Below, one piece after another: positions 48,317 to 58,177 of a stretch of 64,000 bases of DNA (positions are counted from its first letter, which is position 1; every line of letters begins with the position of its first letter). The notes under the pieces are model-generated. The model was not told the origin of the DNA. It saw only the letters and a program-made list of their open reading frames with translations, and made no database searches. This DNA comes from Ilumatobacteraceae bacterium (GTDB lineage Bacteria > Actinomycetota > Acidimicrobiia > Acidimicrobiales > Ilumatobacteraceae). The stretch spans positions 6,317 to 70,316 of the forward strand of contig JAUMDU010000071.1 of NCBI GenBank assembly GCA_032121425.1, read 5' to 3'. Made by a program: the position numbers and the translations under genes.

Positions 48317-49132
48317 TTAACTATTAAAGATTCGACTCTGCAACTTGCGCATTCCGGCAAGCCAACGATCACGGTCATCTACTTTGCGTTGTTCGTAGGT
48401 ATGCACTTCTGCATGCGGCATCACAAGAAACTTCTCCGCAAGAATTGTGTCATAGACAATGTTGGCAACTTCGGCTGGTTCGAGAACAGCGCCTGATGCC
48501 TTCACGACGTCGCCACCGCGCTTGTCAATGCCGTCTTGGCGCCCTGGGGGATTCAACATGTTGGTGTTGACACCTTGCGGGCACAGACAAGTAACTTTTA
48601 GACCTCGATCTCCATAGGTGATAGAGAGCCATTCAGCAAACGCAACCGCGGCGTGTTTTGTCACGCTGTAGGGAGCACTTCCAATTTGTGAAAGTAGGCC
48701 CGCAGCAGATGCAGTGCTGCAGAAATATCCCTCACCGGCAGCGAGCCAATCACCAATGAGATGTTTTGCGGCCCATCGATGGCTATGAAGGTTGATATTC
48801 ATCGCTGCTTCCCATGTGGGCTCGTCGGTGTCTTCAAGAAAAGTCCCCATTGCAACTCCAGCATTTGCAAAAAACAGGTGAATGAATCCAAATGCTTTTT
48901 GAGCGTCACGAATGAGTTCGATATTTCCTTGTTCACTTCCAATATCGGCCACTACTGCTACGGCTGAACCTGGTCGCTGGGCATTGAGTTGCGATGTGAT
49001 GTTCTCAAGGGGTGCTTGGTCACGGTCGGCGAGAACAACTCGGGCGCCGGCCTGGTGGAACCGCGTTGCGAGTGCGGCTCCAATTCCATTTGCTGCTCCG
49101 GTGACTACTGCTGTTTTTCCCTCGAGATCCAT
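48317..49132 (-). CDS. SDR family oxidoreductase
   Basis: TAVVTGAANGIGAALA Rossmann motif, NAG, and YSVTKHA (YxxxK). Confidence 0.85.
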   Translation of the reverse strand: MDLEGKTAVVTGAANGIGAALATRFHQAGARVVLADRDQAPLENITSQLNAQRPGSAVAVVADIGSEQGNIELIRDAQKAFGFIHLFFANAGVAMGTFLEDTDEPTWEAAMNINLHSHRWAAKHLIGDWLAAGEGYFCSTASAAGLLSQIGSAPYSVTKHAAVAFAEWLSITYGDRGLKVTCLCPQGVNTNMLNPPGRQDGIDKRGGDVVKASGAVLEPAEVANIVYDTILAEKFLVMPHAEVHTYEQRKVDDRDRWLAGMRKLQSRIFNS

Positions 49133-49277
49133 ATGGTGACCTTATGGCACGAGTCACCTTCGTTTTTCATTGGATAATCACAAGTGCCCCACTTGGGCAC
49201 ATGGCATCTGTACGATGAGGGGGACAGTCAGAACCTGGGAAACCAAGTGAAGTCTGTCCAGTTGAGAGGAGCTCCAC

Positions 49278-49442
49278 ATGATTGACACCCGCGAACCGGT
49301 GATCACCGAGGCGCTCGCCGTCATTGATAAGGCACTTGCCGAAATGTTGCGCCGTGAATTGGTGTCTTCCGGAGAGGTAGCAGACCTTCTGCTAGATCTT
49401 CGTTCGCTGCTTACCGCGAGCGAAACCACCACCGTCGCCTAG
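49278..49442 (+). CDS. small hypothetical protein (54 aa; below the ORF-track cutoff)
   Basis: Translated by hand: MIDTREPVITEALAVIDKALAEMLRRELVSSGEVADLLLDLRSLLTASETTTVA. A strong SD (GAGAGGAG) lies 6 nt upstream of the ATG. The sequence has helical heptad-like composition. Confidence 0.4.
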   Translation: MIDTREPVITEALAVIDKALAEMLRRELVSSGEVADLLLDLRSLLTASETTTVA

Positions 49443-50892
49443 AGCGCAACGCACCATCATTTTCCACGGCACTTGGTCCTGCGTCGGTGGACTGTTGCCC
49501 AATTTGGGCAAGTTCGTGGAATGAATCCACAAGACAATCGCGTAAAAGAGTCGGGCTCTCAACGGCTGCTTCATCAATATTGATTCCTACATCAAGGCTG
49601 CCCAAATACGACATGAGTGTCACGTTGAAGGCAACTCCGGCCAATGGACCTACGGGGTAATTCTCCAAAAGTTTGGCGCCGCCTACATAGAGAGCCACTC
49701 CTGCACCACGCACGTTCGATGTCGCAAAGTCCACAGTTTCTGATTGTGCACGTGCAAGTCGTGTGACAACCGACGTGGGGAGCAAGGTAGAAAAAGTTGC
49801 AATTGTGTCAAGCGAGCCTGAACTGCTTCCAGCCCGAGCAGCTACAAGAATTTCATTGATTGCTGCGAATCTTTCTTGAATGGGCATTTCTGCTGTGGGT
49901 ACCAACATGCGCGCCAGAGTGAATGAATTACCCCCAGATGCTGCATCTTGCTCACTGCGAGTACTGATGGCCATTGAAGTGCGAAGTGATTCCACAGGCG
50001 CGCCTAGTTCACGGTGGTATCGACCTGCTGCGTGAGCTGCGGCAGTAACGAACGCAGTATTGAGAGTTCCGTCCATCTGCTTGGCTGCACTGCGCATGTC
50101 GTAATACGAGATGCGAGCAGTTTCTAATCGACGACGAAGCGAGCGCTGAGTCCATAAAGGTGATCGTGCAGCATCTGTTTCGCTGAGTTGAGCGAGGATC
50201 TCTTTGACCGTGGCAGATGTTGATGCACCAATAGAAGTGAGCAACGAAGGATCAGAGACCACATCGCGCACTTGTCGCAGTAAAGCAAGTGGAAGGCGAA
50301 CTGAATCAGCCATAGCCCCGCGTAATGCATCTGTGGCATCAGGTGATGCTGCGTGCATTGCAGCATTGGCAATTTCTGGATCAAGTGGCGGCAAGGGGCC
50401 AGGGTTGCGCTGTAAATCGAGATAGTGCATCGAAAGCTCAACGCCACCTTGACCATCTGTCACTGTGTGGTGCAGTTTTTGAACAAGTGCACTGCGACCG
50501 CCGGCAAGTCCATCCACCACGATGAAATGCCAGAGCGGACGAGAACGATCAAAAGGATCGGCGACCATCAAAGTGGTGAGATCAAGCAGTTGTCGAAGAT
50601 CGCCAGGTTCAGCAAGAGAGATTCTTCGAACGTGATAACGAATATCAAAAGATGGATCGTCAACCCATGTGGGGTTACCGATGTTTCCTGGAGATGGTTG
50701 GACGCGTCGACGTAAACGCGGGAAAAGAAGTGACGCGCGTTCCATGCGCGCATAGAGCTCGTCCATGTTGGGTGCACGATCAAGAATGGTGATGTTGGCA
50801 AAGGTGGATGCGAGGTGTGGATCTTTTTCAAGTCTCCACATCAGTGATTCAGAATCACTCATTCTTTTCTGATGATCAGACATGAGACTCAA
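49411..50892 (-). CDS. wax ester synthase/diacylglycerol acyltransferase (WS/DGAT)
   Basis: Catalytic HHTVTDGQGG (HHxxxDG) motif in a 493-aa protein. Confidence 0.85.
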   Translation of the reverse strand: MSLMSDHQKRMSDSESLMWRLEKDPHLASTFANITILDRAPNMDELYARMERASLLFPRLRRRVQPSPGNIGNPTWVDDPSFDIRYHVRRISLAEPGDLRQLLDLTTLMVADPFDRSRPLWHFIVVDGLAGGRSALVQKLHHTVTDGQGGVELSMHYLDLQRNPGPLPPLDPEIANAAMHAASPDATDALRGAMADSVRLPLALLRQVRDVVSDPSLLTSIGASTSATVKEILAQLSETDAARSPLWTQRSLRRRLETARISYYDMRSAAKQMDGTLNTAFVTAAAHAAGRYHRELGAPVESLRTSMAISTRSEQDAASGGNSFTLARMLVPTAEMPIQERFAAINEILVAARAGSSSGSLDTIATFSTLLPTSVVTRLARAQSETVDFATSNVRGAGVALYVGGAKLLENYPVGPLAGVAFNVTLMSYLGSLDVGINIDEAAVESPTLLRDCLVDSFHELAQIGQQSTDAGPSAVENDGALRSRRRWWFRSR

Positions 50893-50902
50893 CCTACAAC
50901 GA

Positions 50903-51508
50903 CTACATCGGAATGCTGGTGTGCTTCAGTTCGTTGAGAATGGGCCAGTCAATATCGTCCAAAATCCGCTCGATTGTTGCCTTACCTACTGATTGATTTC
51001 CATGGGCATGGTCGAGGAGGCGCACAAAGACTGCCTTTTCCCCCACAACGAAGGTGGGGGTTCCCCACACCTGATGGCTACGGACGTATTTTTCGTGTTC
51101 GCGACGTACAACCTCAAGGGTTCTGCCATTTTTGACATCGTCGAACACAGCATTGGCGTCAGCACCAGCATCGGTGAGAATTTTTGTCAGAATTTTGTGA
51201 TCGTTGAGTGATCCACCACCGGTGTGGCGATGGTTGAACATTGACTGATGAACATCAAGGAATGCATGGGGTTGATTGTCGCGCACAGAGATGGCCAATT
51301 GCAGAGCAAGTAATCCTGAATCCGAGTCAGGCCTATCCCACACATCAATGTCACCTTCTTCAACGTGGGCTTGACCGAGACAAAAGGGGAGAAAAGTGAC
51401 ATCCCAATCAGCTCCAGCGCGAAGGCCTTCCACAACATGGTCGTGTACTAATCGTGCGAATGGGCAGCGATAGTCGAATGTGAGTCCAAAAGTTCGTGCC
51501 ATAGACAA
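50903..51508 (-). CDS. DsbA-like thioredoxin-fold protein (single-Cys CPFA motif)
   Basis: FDYRCPFAR occupies the position of the CxxC motif. 201 aa. Confidence 0.55.
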   Translation of the reverse strand: MSMARTFGLTFDYRCPFARLVHDHVVEGLRAGADWDVTFLPFCLGQAHVEEGDIDVWDRPDSDSGLLALQLAISVRDNQPHAFLDVHQSMFNHRHTGGGSLNDHKILTKILTDAGADANAVFDDVKNGRTLEVVRREHEKYVRSHQVWGTPTFVVGEKAVFVRLLDHAHGNQSVGKATIERILDDIDWPILNELKHTSIPM

Positions 51509-51570
51509 GAGGTCAACACCTATTTACCGATGTGTATTCCCTGAGGAGAAAACCCTTGCGGGTGTTGTGC

Positions 51571-52092
51571 TCAGCCGATGATGGTTGAGATAACTGGGAC
51601 GGCAATAGTGCCAAGAATTGCCCCAGTGGCAATGCCTCCAAGGATGTCTGTGGCATGGTGAATCCGCACTACTACTCGAGATAGTGCAATCACCAACGCG
51701 AGTGCAATCCACAAAAGTCCAAGTGGGAAGCCGGTGTACGAGATGAGGATAAAAACAGCAAAGGTTGCCGACGATGCATGACCTGACGGAAAGCTTGATG
51801 TGCGTGGTGTGCGGATATCGAATCGAACATCACCTGAGGTTGTGGGTCGCTCGCGTCGGAACATTCGTTTGATGCCTTGGTTGACAATCAAGCTCTCTAT
51901 TCCAAGCGCGACCGATAATGCCACTGCTTGTCCGAGGCGCTCCATCGATCCCAGTGCACGTGTGAACCCGATGATGTGCCACGCAATACTGAAATCACCT
52001 ACGGTGCTCGCAATACCAAAACAGGTAACAAAAAATTTACGTTGACGTAGTGGCTCAAGAAGAGCATCACCCAGAGTATCGATGTGGTTCAT
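51571..52092 (-). CDS. PAP2 family phosphatase (membrane)
   Basis: KRMFRRERP, SFPSGHAS and SRVVVRIHHATD are the three PAP2 motifs. ATG 52092 overlaps the upstream stop (ATGA). Confidence 0.8.
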   Translation of the reverse strand: MNHIDTLGDALLEPLRQRKFFVTCFGIASTVGDFSIAWHIIGFTRALGSMERLGQAVALSVALGIESLIVNQGIKRMFRRERPTTSGDVRFDIRTPRTSSFPSGHASSATFAVFILISYTGFPLGLLWIALALVIALSRVVVRIHHATDILGGIATGAILGTIAVPVISTIIG

Positions 52093-52970
52093 CACAATTG
52101 TGTGGCTACGTTCTGAGTCAATGTGGCCAACATGTCGGGGCGTTCCAGTGGTCCGAAGTGACCGAGTTCGTCGTACTGGATGTAGGTGGCATGTGGAATC
52201 TGTTCTGCGACGCTGAGTGCAAATGACGATGGTTGAAATGGCGCAGGTGCACCAGAAACAACCCACACCGGAGTGGTGATGGAAGGTAATTCATCCCATG
52301 CACCACTTGTTCCACCAGTTTCATATGTACGAGCTTCGTGTTCGGGAAGACACTTCAATTCGATGTCACCCTCGTTGGTTACAGCAAAGCCGTGGCGTAC
52401 ATATGCCTCACGCGCCGTGGGATGAAATGTGGACATTGGTGGCTTAGAGGCAAAATTTTCCAGTGCTTCATCAAAGGATGGAAACCGCGATCGTCTTTTA
52501 CGTGCCCCACCGGCGAGTGGATTCTCTGGGCGAGGAGGAGCATTGGGTGGAGGAGGCGGAAACACAATTGGTTCAAACACGATGAGTGCTGAAAAAAGTT
52601 TGGGATCGCGATGGGCGGCCATCAACAACGAAGCGCCACCCATTGAATGACCCACGCCAATAATCTTTTGCTCTCCGGCTGCGAAATAGAGATGACGAGC
52701 AGCAGCAAGTGCGTCGCTGCCGTACATCTTCCACTCAATTGTTGCCGGGTCAATGCGTTCGGCATCGCCGTATCCACGATGATCAAAACCCATCACGTGA
52801 TGTTGTGGGCGTAATTGTTGCGCAAGAGGTTCGAAGCAATGTGCATGAAAACCAGTTGCATGCGACAACAACACCGGTGATCCTTGCCCACCGAAATCGT
52901 GCATGACAATTGTGATTCCATCAAGTGAGGGAATCACATGTGCATCGGTGCACGCAATGTGTTGTGTCAT
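52092..52970 (-). CDS. alpha/beta hydrolase
   Basis: HATGFHA oxyanion region and GVGHSMGG nucleophile elbow. Confidence 0.75.
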   Translation of the reverse strand: MTQHIACTDAHVIPSLDGITIVMHDFGGQGSPVLLSHATGFHAHCFEPLAQQLRPQHHVMGFDHRGYGDAERIDPATIEWKMYGSDALAAARHLYFAAGEQKIIGVGHSMGGASLLMAAHRDPKLFSALIVFEPIVFPPPPPNAPPRPENPLAGGARKRRSRFPSFDEALENFASKPPMSTFHPTAREAYVRHGFAVTNEGDIELKCLPEHEARTYETGGTSGAWDELPSITTPVWVVSGAPAPFQPSSFALSVAEQIPHATYIQYDELGHFGPLERPDMLATLTQNVATQL

Positions 52971-53002
52971 GGCAATTGCTGCACCGTCAGCACTGAAATT
53001 CT

Positions 53003-53902
53003 CTAGGCATCCTTGAGCGCATTGAAGAACAAGCCTGTTTCTTCGGGTACGCCAGATGGGATGACATATCCATCCGTGTTGCGAATTTGGCTCCAGTTGT
53101 CACGAACGTCTTCCAAGCTAAGACCTGGCTTGAAGAATCCTTGGGTTTCTCCAATAAACACCCGTGCGACTCGTCCGCCACCGACTGAATAAATTTCTCC
53201 CGATACGTCGCAATCTTCATGTGCAAGCCACGCCACAATCGGGGTAACAAGTGATGGATCAAGCTTGTCGCCAAGTGCTCCCATGAGATTTTCTGTCATA
53301 CGAGTGAGTGCCAGTGGTGCAATGGCGTTGGCTCGGATGTTGTACTTGGCGCCTTCTGCGGCAAGAACACGTGTGAAACCTACAAGGCCCATTTTTGCTG
53401 CGCCATAGTTTGCTTGGCCAAAGTTGCCAAAGATTCCTGCTGCTGAAGAAGTGGAGATAATGCGACCATACTTTTGTTCACGCATACGAATCCACGCAGG
53501 GCGCGTCACATTGAATGCTCCCTTGAGATGCACTTCAATCACGGAGTCCACAAGATCTGGAGTCATGTTGTGAAAGGTCTTGTCGCGCAAAATTCCTGCG
53601 TTGTTGATCACAATGTCCACGCGGCCATAGGCGTCAATGGCTGTTTGGATGATTGCTTCGCCGCCGTCTGGTGTAGAGACGCTGTCATGGTTGGCTACTG
53701 CTTCTCCGCCTGCTGCGCGAATCTCATCGACAACTTTTTGCGCAGCACTGGCGTCGGCGCCTGTGCCTTCCACGTTTCCACCGAGGTCATTAACCACCAC
53801 AAGGGCGCCACGTTCTGCCAAAAGAAGCGCATGTTGTCTTCCTAGGCCTCCACCAGCTCCGGTGATTACTGCAACTTTTCCGTCATATGTCAACTTTGTC
53901 AT
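53003..53902 (-). CDS. SDR family oxidoreductase (hydroxyacyl-CoA dehydrogenase-like, MFE-2 N-terminal type)
   Basis: KVAVITGAGGGLGRQHALLLAERGALVVVNDLGG, NNAG and YGAAK. Confidence 0.8.
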   Translation of the reverse strand: MTKLTYDGKVAVITGAGGGLGRQHALLLAERGALVVVNDLGGNVEGTGADASAAQKVVDEIRAAGGEAVANHDSVSTPDGGEAIIQTAIDAYGRVDIVINNAGILRDKTFHNMTPDLVDSVIEVHLKGAFNVTRPAWIRMREQKYGRIISTSSAAGIFGNFGQANYGAAKMGLVGFTRVLAAEGAKYNIRANAIAPLALTRMTENLMGALGDKLDPSLVTPIVAWLAHEDCDVSGEIYSVGGGRVARVFIGETQGFFKPGLSLEDVRDNWSQIRNTDGYVIPSGVPEETGLFFNALKDA

Positions 53903-53939
53903 GGCTTCTACCGTAGTCGTGGACGCCTACTGTGACCAC

Positions 53940-55103
53940 ATGGACGAATTGCTCCCTTCAGACAACGACCCACGCCGTCAACAAATGCGCCAATGGATTG
54001 CCGATCATCGCACCCCTACAAATAAAGAATTAGCCGAATCGGGCTACGTCGCTCCGCATTGGCCAGCGCCATATGGGTTGGGTGCAGACCCTGTGCATCA
54101 ATTGATCATCGATGACGAACTTGCGCGTGCAGGCATCACGCGCCCGTCAAATCAAATAGGCATCGGATGGGCGGCTCCCACAATTATCTATGCGGGAACA
54201 CAAGAACAAAAAGATCGTTATGTCATGCCGGCATTGTCTGCAGAAGAAATTTGGTGTCAGTTGTTTTCGGAGCCCGGCGCGGGAAGTGACCTTGCCTCTT
54301 TATCTACTCGAGCCATACGCGATGGAGATGAGTGGGTGATTAATGGTCAAAAAGTTTGGACGACTGGTGCTCACTATTCAAAGTTTGGGATTTTGATTGC
54401 ACGGACAAATCCCGATGCACCAAAACACAAGGGCATCACATATTTCATTTGCCCAATGGATACGCCAGGTATTGAGATACGTACCATTCGCAATATTGCT
54501 GGCGCGGAAAGTTTCAACGAAGTCTTCTTTACCGATGTGCGACTTCCCAATGATTGCGTAGTAGGTCAAGTAGACGAGGGTTGGAGACTTGCAAAAGTCA
54601 CACTCGGTAATGAACGAGTATCGCTGTCGACGGGGGGAGTGTTGTGGGGCAATGGCCCGACGGCTTTGGATGTTGTTGCTGAAGCACAAAAGTTGGGTGT
54701 TACCCATCCTGTTCTGCGCCAACGCATTGCAAAGATCTACATCGAGCATGTTGTCCTGGAGATCATTCGCATGCGTACATTGACGGCTCGCTTGCGGGGA
54801 ACCCAACCAGGTCCAGAAGCCAGTATTCGAAAAATCATGGCTGATGAGCACGGCCAAAAGGTGATGGAAGTTGCTCGCGACCTCATTGGTGCCGATGCAA
54901 TGTTGATTGGACTCGATGATGCCCTTGGTGGAAAGAACATTCGCTCCAAGAGTTGGTATAGCGGGTATATGTTTTCTCGCGCACTCACAATTGGTGGTGG
55001 AACTGGCGAAGTGCAACGCAACATCTTGGGCGAACGCGTTCTTGGCTTGCCTAGTGAACCAGACCCCACCAAGGGTCTATCGTGGGGTCAATCACACAGA
55101 TGA
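53940..55103 (+). CDS. acyl-CoA dehydrogenase
   Basis: I chose ATG 53940. The listed longer ORF is antisense to the SDR. FSEPGAGSDLAS, WTTGAH and IGGGTGEVQRNILGE motifs. Confidence 0.85.
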   Translation: MDELLPSDNDPRRQQMRQWIADHRTPTNKELAESGYVAPHWPAPYGLGADPVHQLIIDDELARAGITRPSNQIGIGWAAPTIIYAGTQEQKDRYVMPALSAEEIWCQLFSEPGAGSDLASLSTRAIRDGDEWVINGQKVWTTGAHYSKFGILIARTNPDAPKHKGITYFICPMDTPGIEIRTIRNIAGAESFNEVFFTDVRLPNDCVVGQVDEGWRLAKVTLGNERVSLSTGGVLWGNGPTALDVVAEAQKLGVTHPVLRQRIAKIYIEHVVLEIIRMRTLTARLRGTQPGPEASIRKIMADEHGQKVMEVARDLIGADAMLIGLDDALGGKNIRSKSWYSGYMFSRALTIGGGTGEVQRNILGERVLGLPSEPDPTKGLSWGQSHR

Positions 55104-55115
55104 CGGGGGGTCACT

Positions 55116-56303
55116 ATGTCGGTGTCATCAGATCGCTTACAGGTGGATTTATTAGATCCTGATCTCTATCAAAAAAATCCACACGACGTGTGGTCATGGA
55201 TGCGCGCAAATGAACCCGTGTATCGCGATGAAAAGAATGGTCTGTGGGGCATTAGCCGACATGCCGACGTGATGGATGTGGAACGTCGCTCCACAGTGTT
55301 TTCATCCAACGGCGTGTATCGCGCGGTTCTTTCTCCCGGTGAGAGCAACATGATTGCTCAAGATGACCCGCGCCATCGTCAGCAACGCATGTTGGTTCAA
55401 CCCCAGTTAACTCGATCAGGTGTTGCCCAGCGCACTGATGAAGTTCGACAATTAGTGGCCGAACTTGTTGATGAGGTCATAGCACAAGGTGAGTGCGACA
55501 TTGTGGAGACATTGGCGGCACAACTACCGGCACGTTTAACTTCTCGATTGTTGGGCTTTCCTGAAGAGATGTGGCCACAGTTGAAATCGTGGAGTGAGCG
55601 ATTAATGCGCACAGACATGCGTGATCGTGATCCTGAAGTGATGACCGAATTCATTGCAGCCAATCAAGAGTTTGTCTCGGCCATGATCCCAGTTCTTCAT
55701 GAAGTATCAGGTTGTCCACGCCATGACTTCATGTCGATATGGGCAAATGCTCTCATTGATGGTCAACCATTTTCTCCTGAATCCATCGTGCATGAAGTGG
55801 GCTTGTTTATTGCAGGTGGCGCAGAAACAACTCGCACGGCAATTAGTCATGGACTTCGAGTTTTTTGTGATCATCTTGACCAGTGGGACATGATGGCCGC
55901 ACAACCTGCACTTGTAGAGCCTGCTGTCGAAGAAGTTCTTCGTTGGGTCACTCCGCTGAACAATTTTTTCCGTATGGCCCTGACCGATGATGAAGTGGGC
56001 GGTCAAGCAATTGCAGCTGGAGATCGGGTAGTGATGTTGTACCCATCTGCAAATAGAGACGAAAAGGTCTTCACCTCTCCGTTCTCCTTCGACATCACGC
56101 GGTCTCCAAATCCACATTTGTCTTTTGGTTTCGGAACGCACCTATGTGTGGGTGCCAATTTGGCAAGGCTGGTATTAGAAACAGTATTTGCCGAGATGTC
56201 TGCACGAATTAGTCGTCTTGAGCCCATCTCGGAGCCCGATGTTGAAGCAAACATTTTTGCCCGTGCTGTGAAATCTTTCCATCTTCGCGTAGTGCCGAGG
56301 TAG
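55116..56303 (+). CDS. cytochrome P450
   Basis: AGGAETT I-helix, EVLRW (ExxR), and the heme loop FGFGTHLCVGANLAR. Confidence 0.9.
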   Translation: MSVSSDRLQVDLLDPDLYQKNPHDVWSWMRANEPVYRDEKNGLWGISRHADVMDVERRSTVFSSNGVYRAVLSPGESNMIAQDDPRHRQQRMLVQPQLTRSGVAQRTDEVRQLVAELVDEVIAQGECDIVETLAAQLPARLTSRLLGFPEEMWPQLKSWSERLMRTDMRDRDPEVMTEFIAANQEFVSAMIPVLHEVSGCPRHDFMSIWANALIDGQPFSPESIVHEVGLFIAGGAETTRTAISHGLRVFCDHLDQWDMMAAQPALVEPAVEEVLRWVTPLNNFFRMALTDDEVGGQAIAAGDRVVMLYPSANRDEKVFTSPFSFDITRSPNPHLSFGFGTHLCVGANLARLVLETVFAEMSARISRLEPISEPDVEANIFARAVKSFHLRVVPR

Positions 56304-56348
56304 TACGTTTCAACCCTTTGGCCGTGGTTCCCCGTTAGCGTAGAAGCC

Positions 56349-57401
56349 ATGCGAACTTCACGATGGTTATCAATTTCAGTTGTTGCAGCATTTGGTATTG
56401 CGGGGTGTGCTTCCGAGTCTGAGTCACTTTTGCCCACCGACGCTGATGTCGCAGCAAAGGAAACCTGCATGTCGGTGAAAGAGATAACTGGTCGTGCGCC
56501 AAAGCTTGTGTCGACCGTTGCGCCGATCACCAATCTCATTGCCATGGTGGTGGGTGATCTTGGACCCACAGTTGATGGTCTAGTTCCAGAAGGAACAAAC
56601 TCCCACACCTTTGAGCCTCCGCCGAGTGCTGCAGCAGTAGTGGAAGATGCAGATGTGGTGTTCGTGAATGGTCTTGGTCTTGAGGATCCTTCTATTGAGT
56701 TGGCGAAAGACAATGCAGCAAATGCTGTGATTTGTGAATTGGGAACTTCAGTTCTCCCCAGTGATGAATGGGTGTATGACTTTTCCTTCCCCAAAGAAGG
56801 CGGCAAGCCCAACCCTCACCTGTGGACCAACCCACCAATGGTGCAGCAATACGTTGATCTCATTCGCGATGTGGTGGTCGCACTCGATCCATCAAACATC
56901 GATGGCTACAACGCCAACCATGCCAAGATCTCTCGAGTGATAACAGAACTTGATGATGCGATGACAACAGCAGCACAAACTGTGCCTGAGGCAAGCCGAA
57001 AATTGCTCACCTATCACGACGCATATGCATATTTTGCGCTGCGGTATGACTTTGAGGTGGTGGGCGCCATTCAGCCTTCGTCGTTTGAAGAGCCCTCGCC
57101 AAAAGAAATTGCAGACCTGATTGATCAAGTGAAGGAACTTGGAGTCAAGGCTGTGTTTGGAAGCGAAGTATTCCCATCTCCTGTCTTGGCCCAAATTGGT
57201 GAGGAGACTGGTGTGCGTTATGTCGACGTTCTTCGTGACGACGATTTGTTGGGTGAGCCTGGTGATGCACAGCACAGTTGGGCAGATCTCATGAAGTTCA
57301 ACTTCATCACCATGGTGGAATCGCTTGGTGGAAACGCATCAGCATTGAAGGCAGTGAACACAAATGCGGGTGTGACTGATAAAGCGTTTTATCCGCAGTG
57401 A
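56349..57401 (+). CDS. metal (Zn/Mn) ABC transporter substrate-binding lipoprotein
   Basis: Lipobox FGIAGC and a ZnuA/TroA-like pattern (NPHLWTNP, HDAYAYF). ATPase and permease genes follow. Confidence 0.8.
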   Translation: MRTSRWLSISVVAAFGIAGCASESESLLPTDADVAAKETCMSVKEITGRAPKLVSTVAPITNLIAMVVGDLGPTVDGLVPEGTNSHTFEPPPSAAAVVEDADVVFVNGLGLEDPSIELAKDNAANAVICELGTSVLPSDEWVYDFSFPKEGGKPNPHLWTNPPMVQQYVDLIRDVVVALDPSNIDGYNANHAKISRVITELDDAMTTAAQTVPEASRKLLTYHDAYAYFALRYDFEVVGAIQPSSFEEPSPKEIADLIDQVKELGVKAVFGSEVFPSPVLAQIGEETGVRYVDVLRDDDLLGEPGDAQHSWADLMKFNFITMVESLGGNASALKAVNTNAGVTDKAFYPQ

Positions 57402-58177
57402 GTGGAGGAATCCTTGTTGAGTGTGCGCATATTACGTGTGCATACGGAACAACTGTTGCAGTGCGTGATGCTCATGTCACTTTTCGTAGTGGTGATTTTG
57501 TAGGAATCGTTGGACCTTCAGGGTCTGGTAAGACAACACTATTGAAGGCCATTCTTGGAACAGTCACACCTCAACAGGGTCACGTCACAAAAAAGCCTGG
57601 CTTACGCATGGGGTATGTGCCTCAAGTGGAATCGGTGGACTGGAATTTCCCCGTCACTGTGCTTGAAGTCGTGGCAATGACTCGAACGACTCGTCGATAT
57701 TTTCCAAGAATTTCACCCGATGAGCGCCGAGATGCATTAGATGTGTTGGAGAGATTGGGCTTGAGCGGATTGCATGATCGTCACATTCGTGAACTCTCTG
57801 GTGGGCAACAACAAAGAGTGTTCGTTGCACGCGCGCTTTTTCATCGCCCTGAGTTATTGGTACTCGATGAGCCAACATCTGGCGTTGATGTGCGCACACG
57901 ACACGAAGTTCTGCATTTGCTGGCTGATCTTCACGATGATGGAGTATCTATTGTTCTTTCCACACACGATCTCAACGGATTGGCCGCACATCTTCCGCGC
58001 TTAATTTGCATGAATGTAGATGTGATTGCCGATGGCCCACCGCTTGAAGTTTTGAACTCCGAAGTTCTGGAACAGACCTATGGCGCACCTATGGAAGTGC
58101 TTGTGCATGGCGGAATGCCACTTGTGCTGGAACATGGCGCAGATGATGTCACGCGGCGACTTGGCGGCACCCGATGA
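57398..58177 (+). CDS. metal ABC transporter ATP-binding protein
   Basis: Walker A GPSGSGKTT, signature LSGGQQQR, Walker B LLVLDEP. The GTGA overlap couples it to the SBP gene. Confidence 0.9.
   Translation: MSGGILVECAHITCAYGTTVAVRDAHVTFRSGDFVGIVGPSGSGKTTLLKAILGTVTPQQGHVTKKPGLRMGYVPQVESVDWNFPVTVLEVVAMTRTTRRYFPRISPDERRDALDVLERLGLSGLHDRHIRELSGGQQQRVFVARALFHRPELLVLDEPTSGVDVRTRHEVLHLLADLHDDGVSIVLSTHDLNGLAAHLPRLICMNVDVIADGPPLEVLNSEVLEQTYGAPMEVLVHGGMPLVLEHGADDVTRRLGGTR

Noticed and set aside
49178-49432. 84-aa minus-strand ORF between the SDR and WS/DGAT
   Set aside because: It is a Ser/Arg-rich low-complexity translation with no SD. The opposite strand carries a 54-codon ORF with a strong SD. 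Neither is proven, but the minus ORF looks like its shadow.
54378-55016. 212-aa minus-strand ORF inside the acyl-CoA dehydrogenase. Similar shadow ORFs occur at 43998-44531, 45757-46338, 36676-37188, 35363-35842, 28023-28550 and 40164-40640.
   Set aside because: All lie entirely within strongly supported genes, either antisense or in an alternative frame. Their composition is Cys/His/Arg/Ser-skewed and they carry no family motifs.
56003-56812. 269-aa minus-strand ORF spanning the P450 3' end and the metal-SBP 5' end
   Set aside because: It is antisense to two well-supported genes (P450 heme loop, lipoprotein SBP). Its composition is Ser/Thr/Arg/Ala-rich low complexity, typical of a shadow frame in GC-biased coding DNA.
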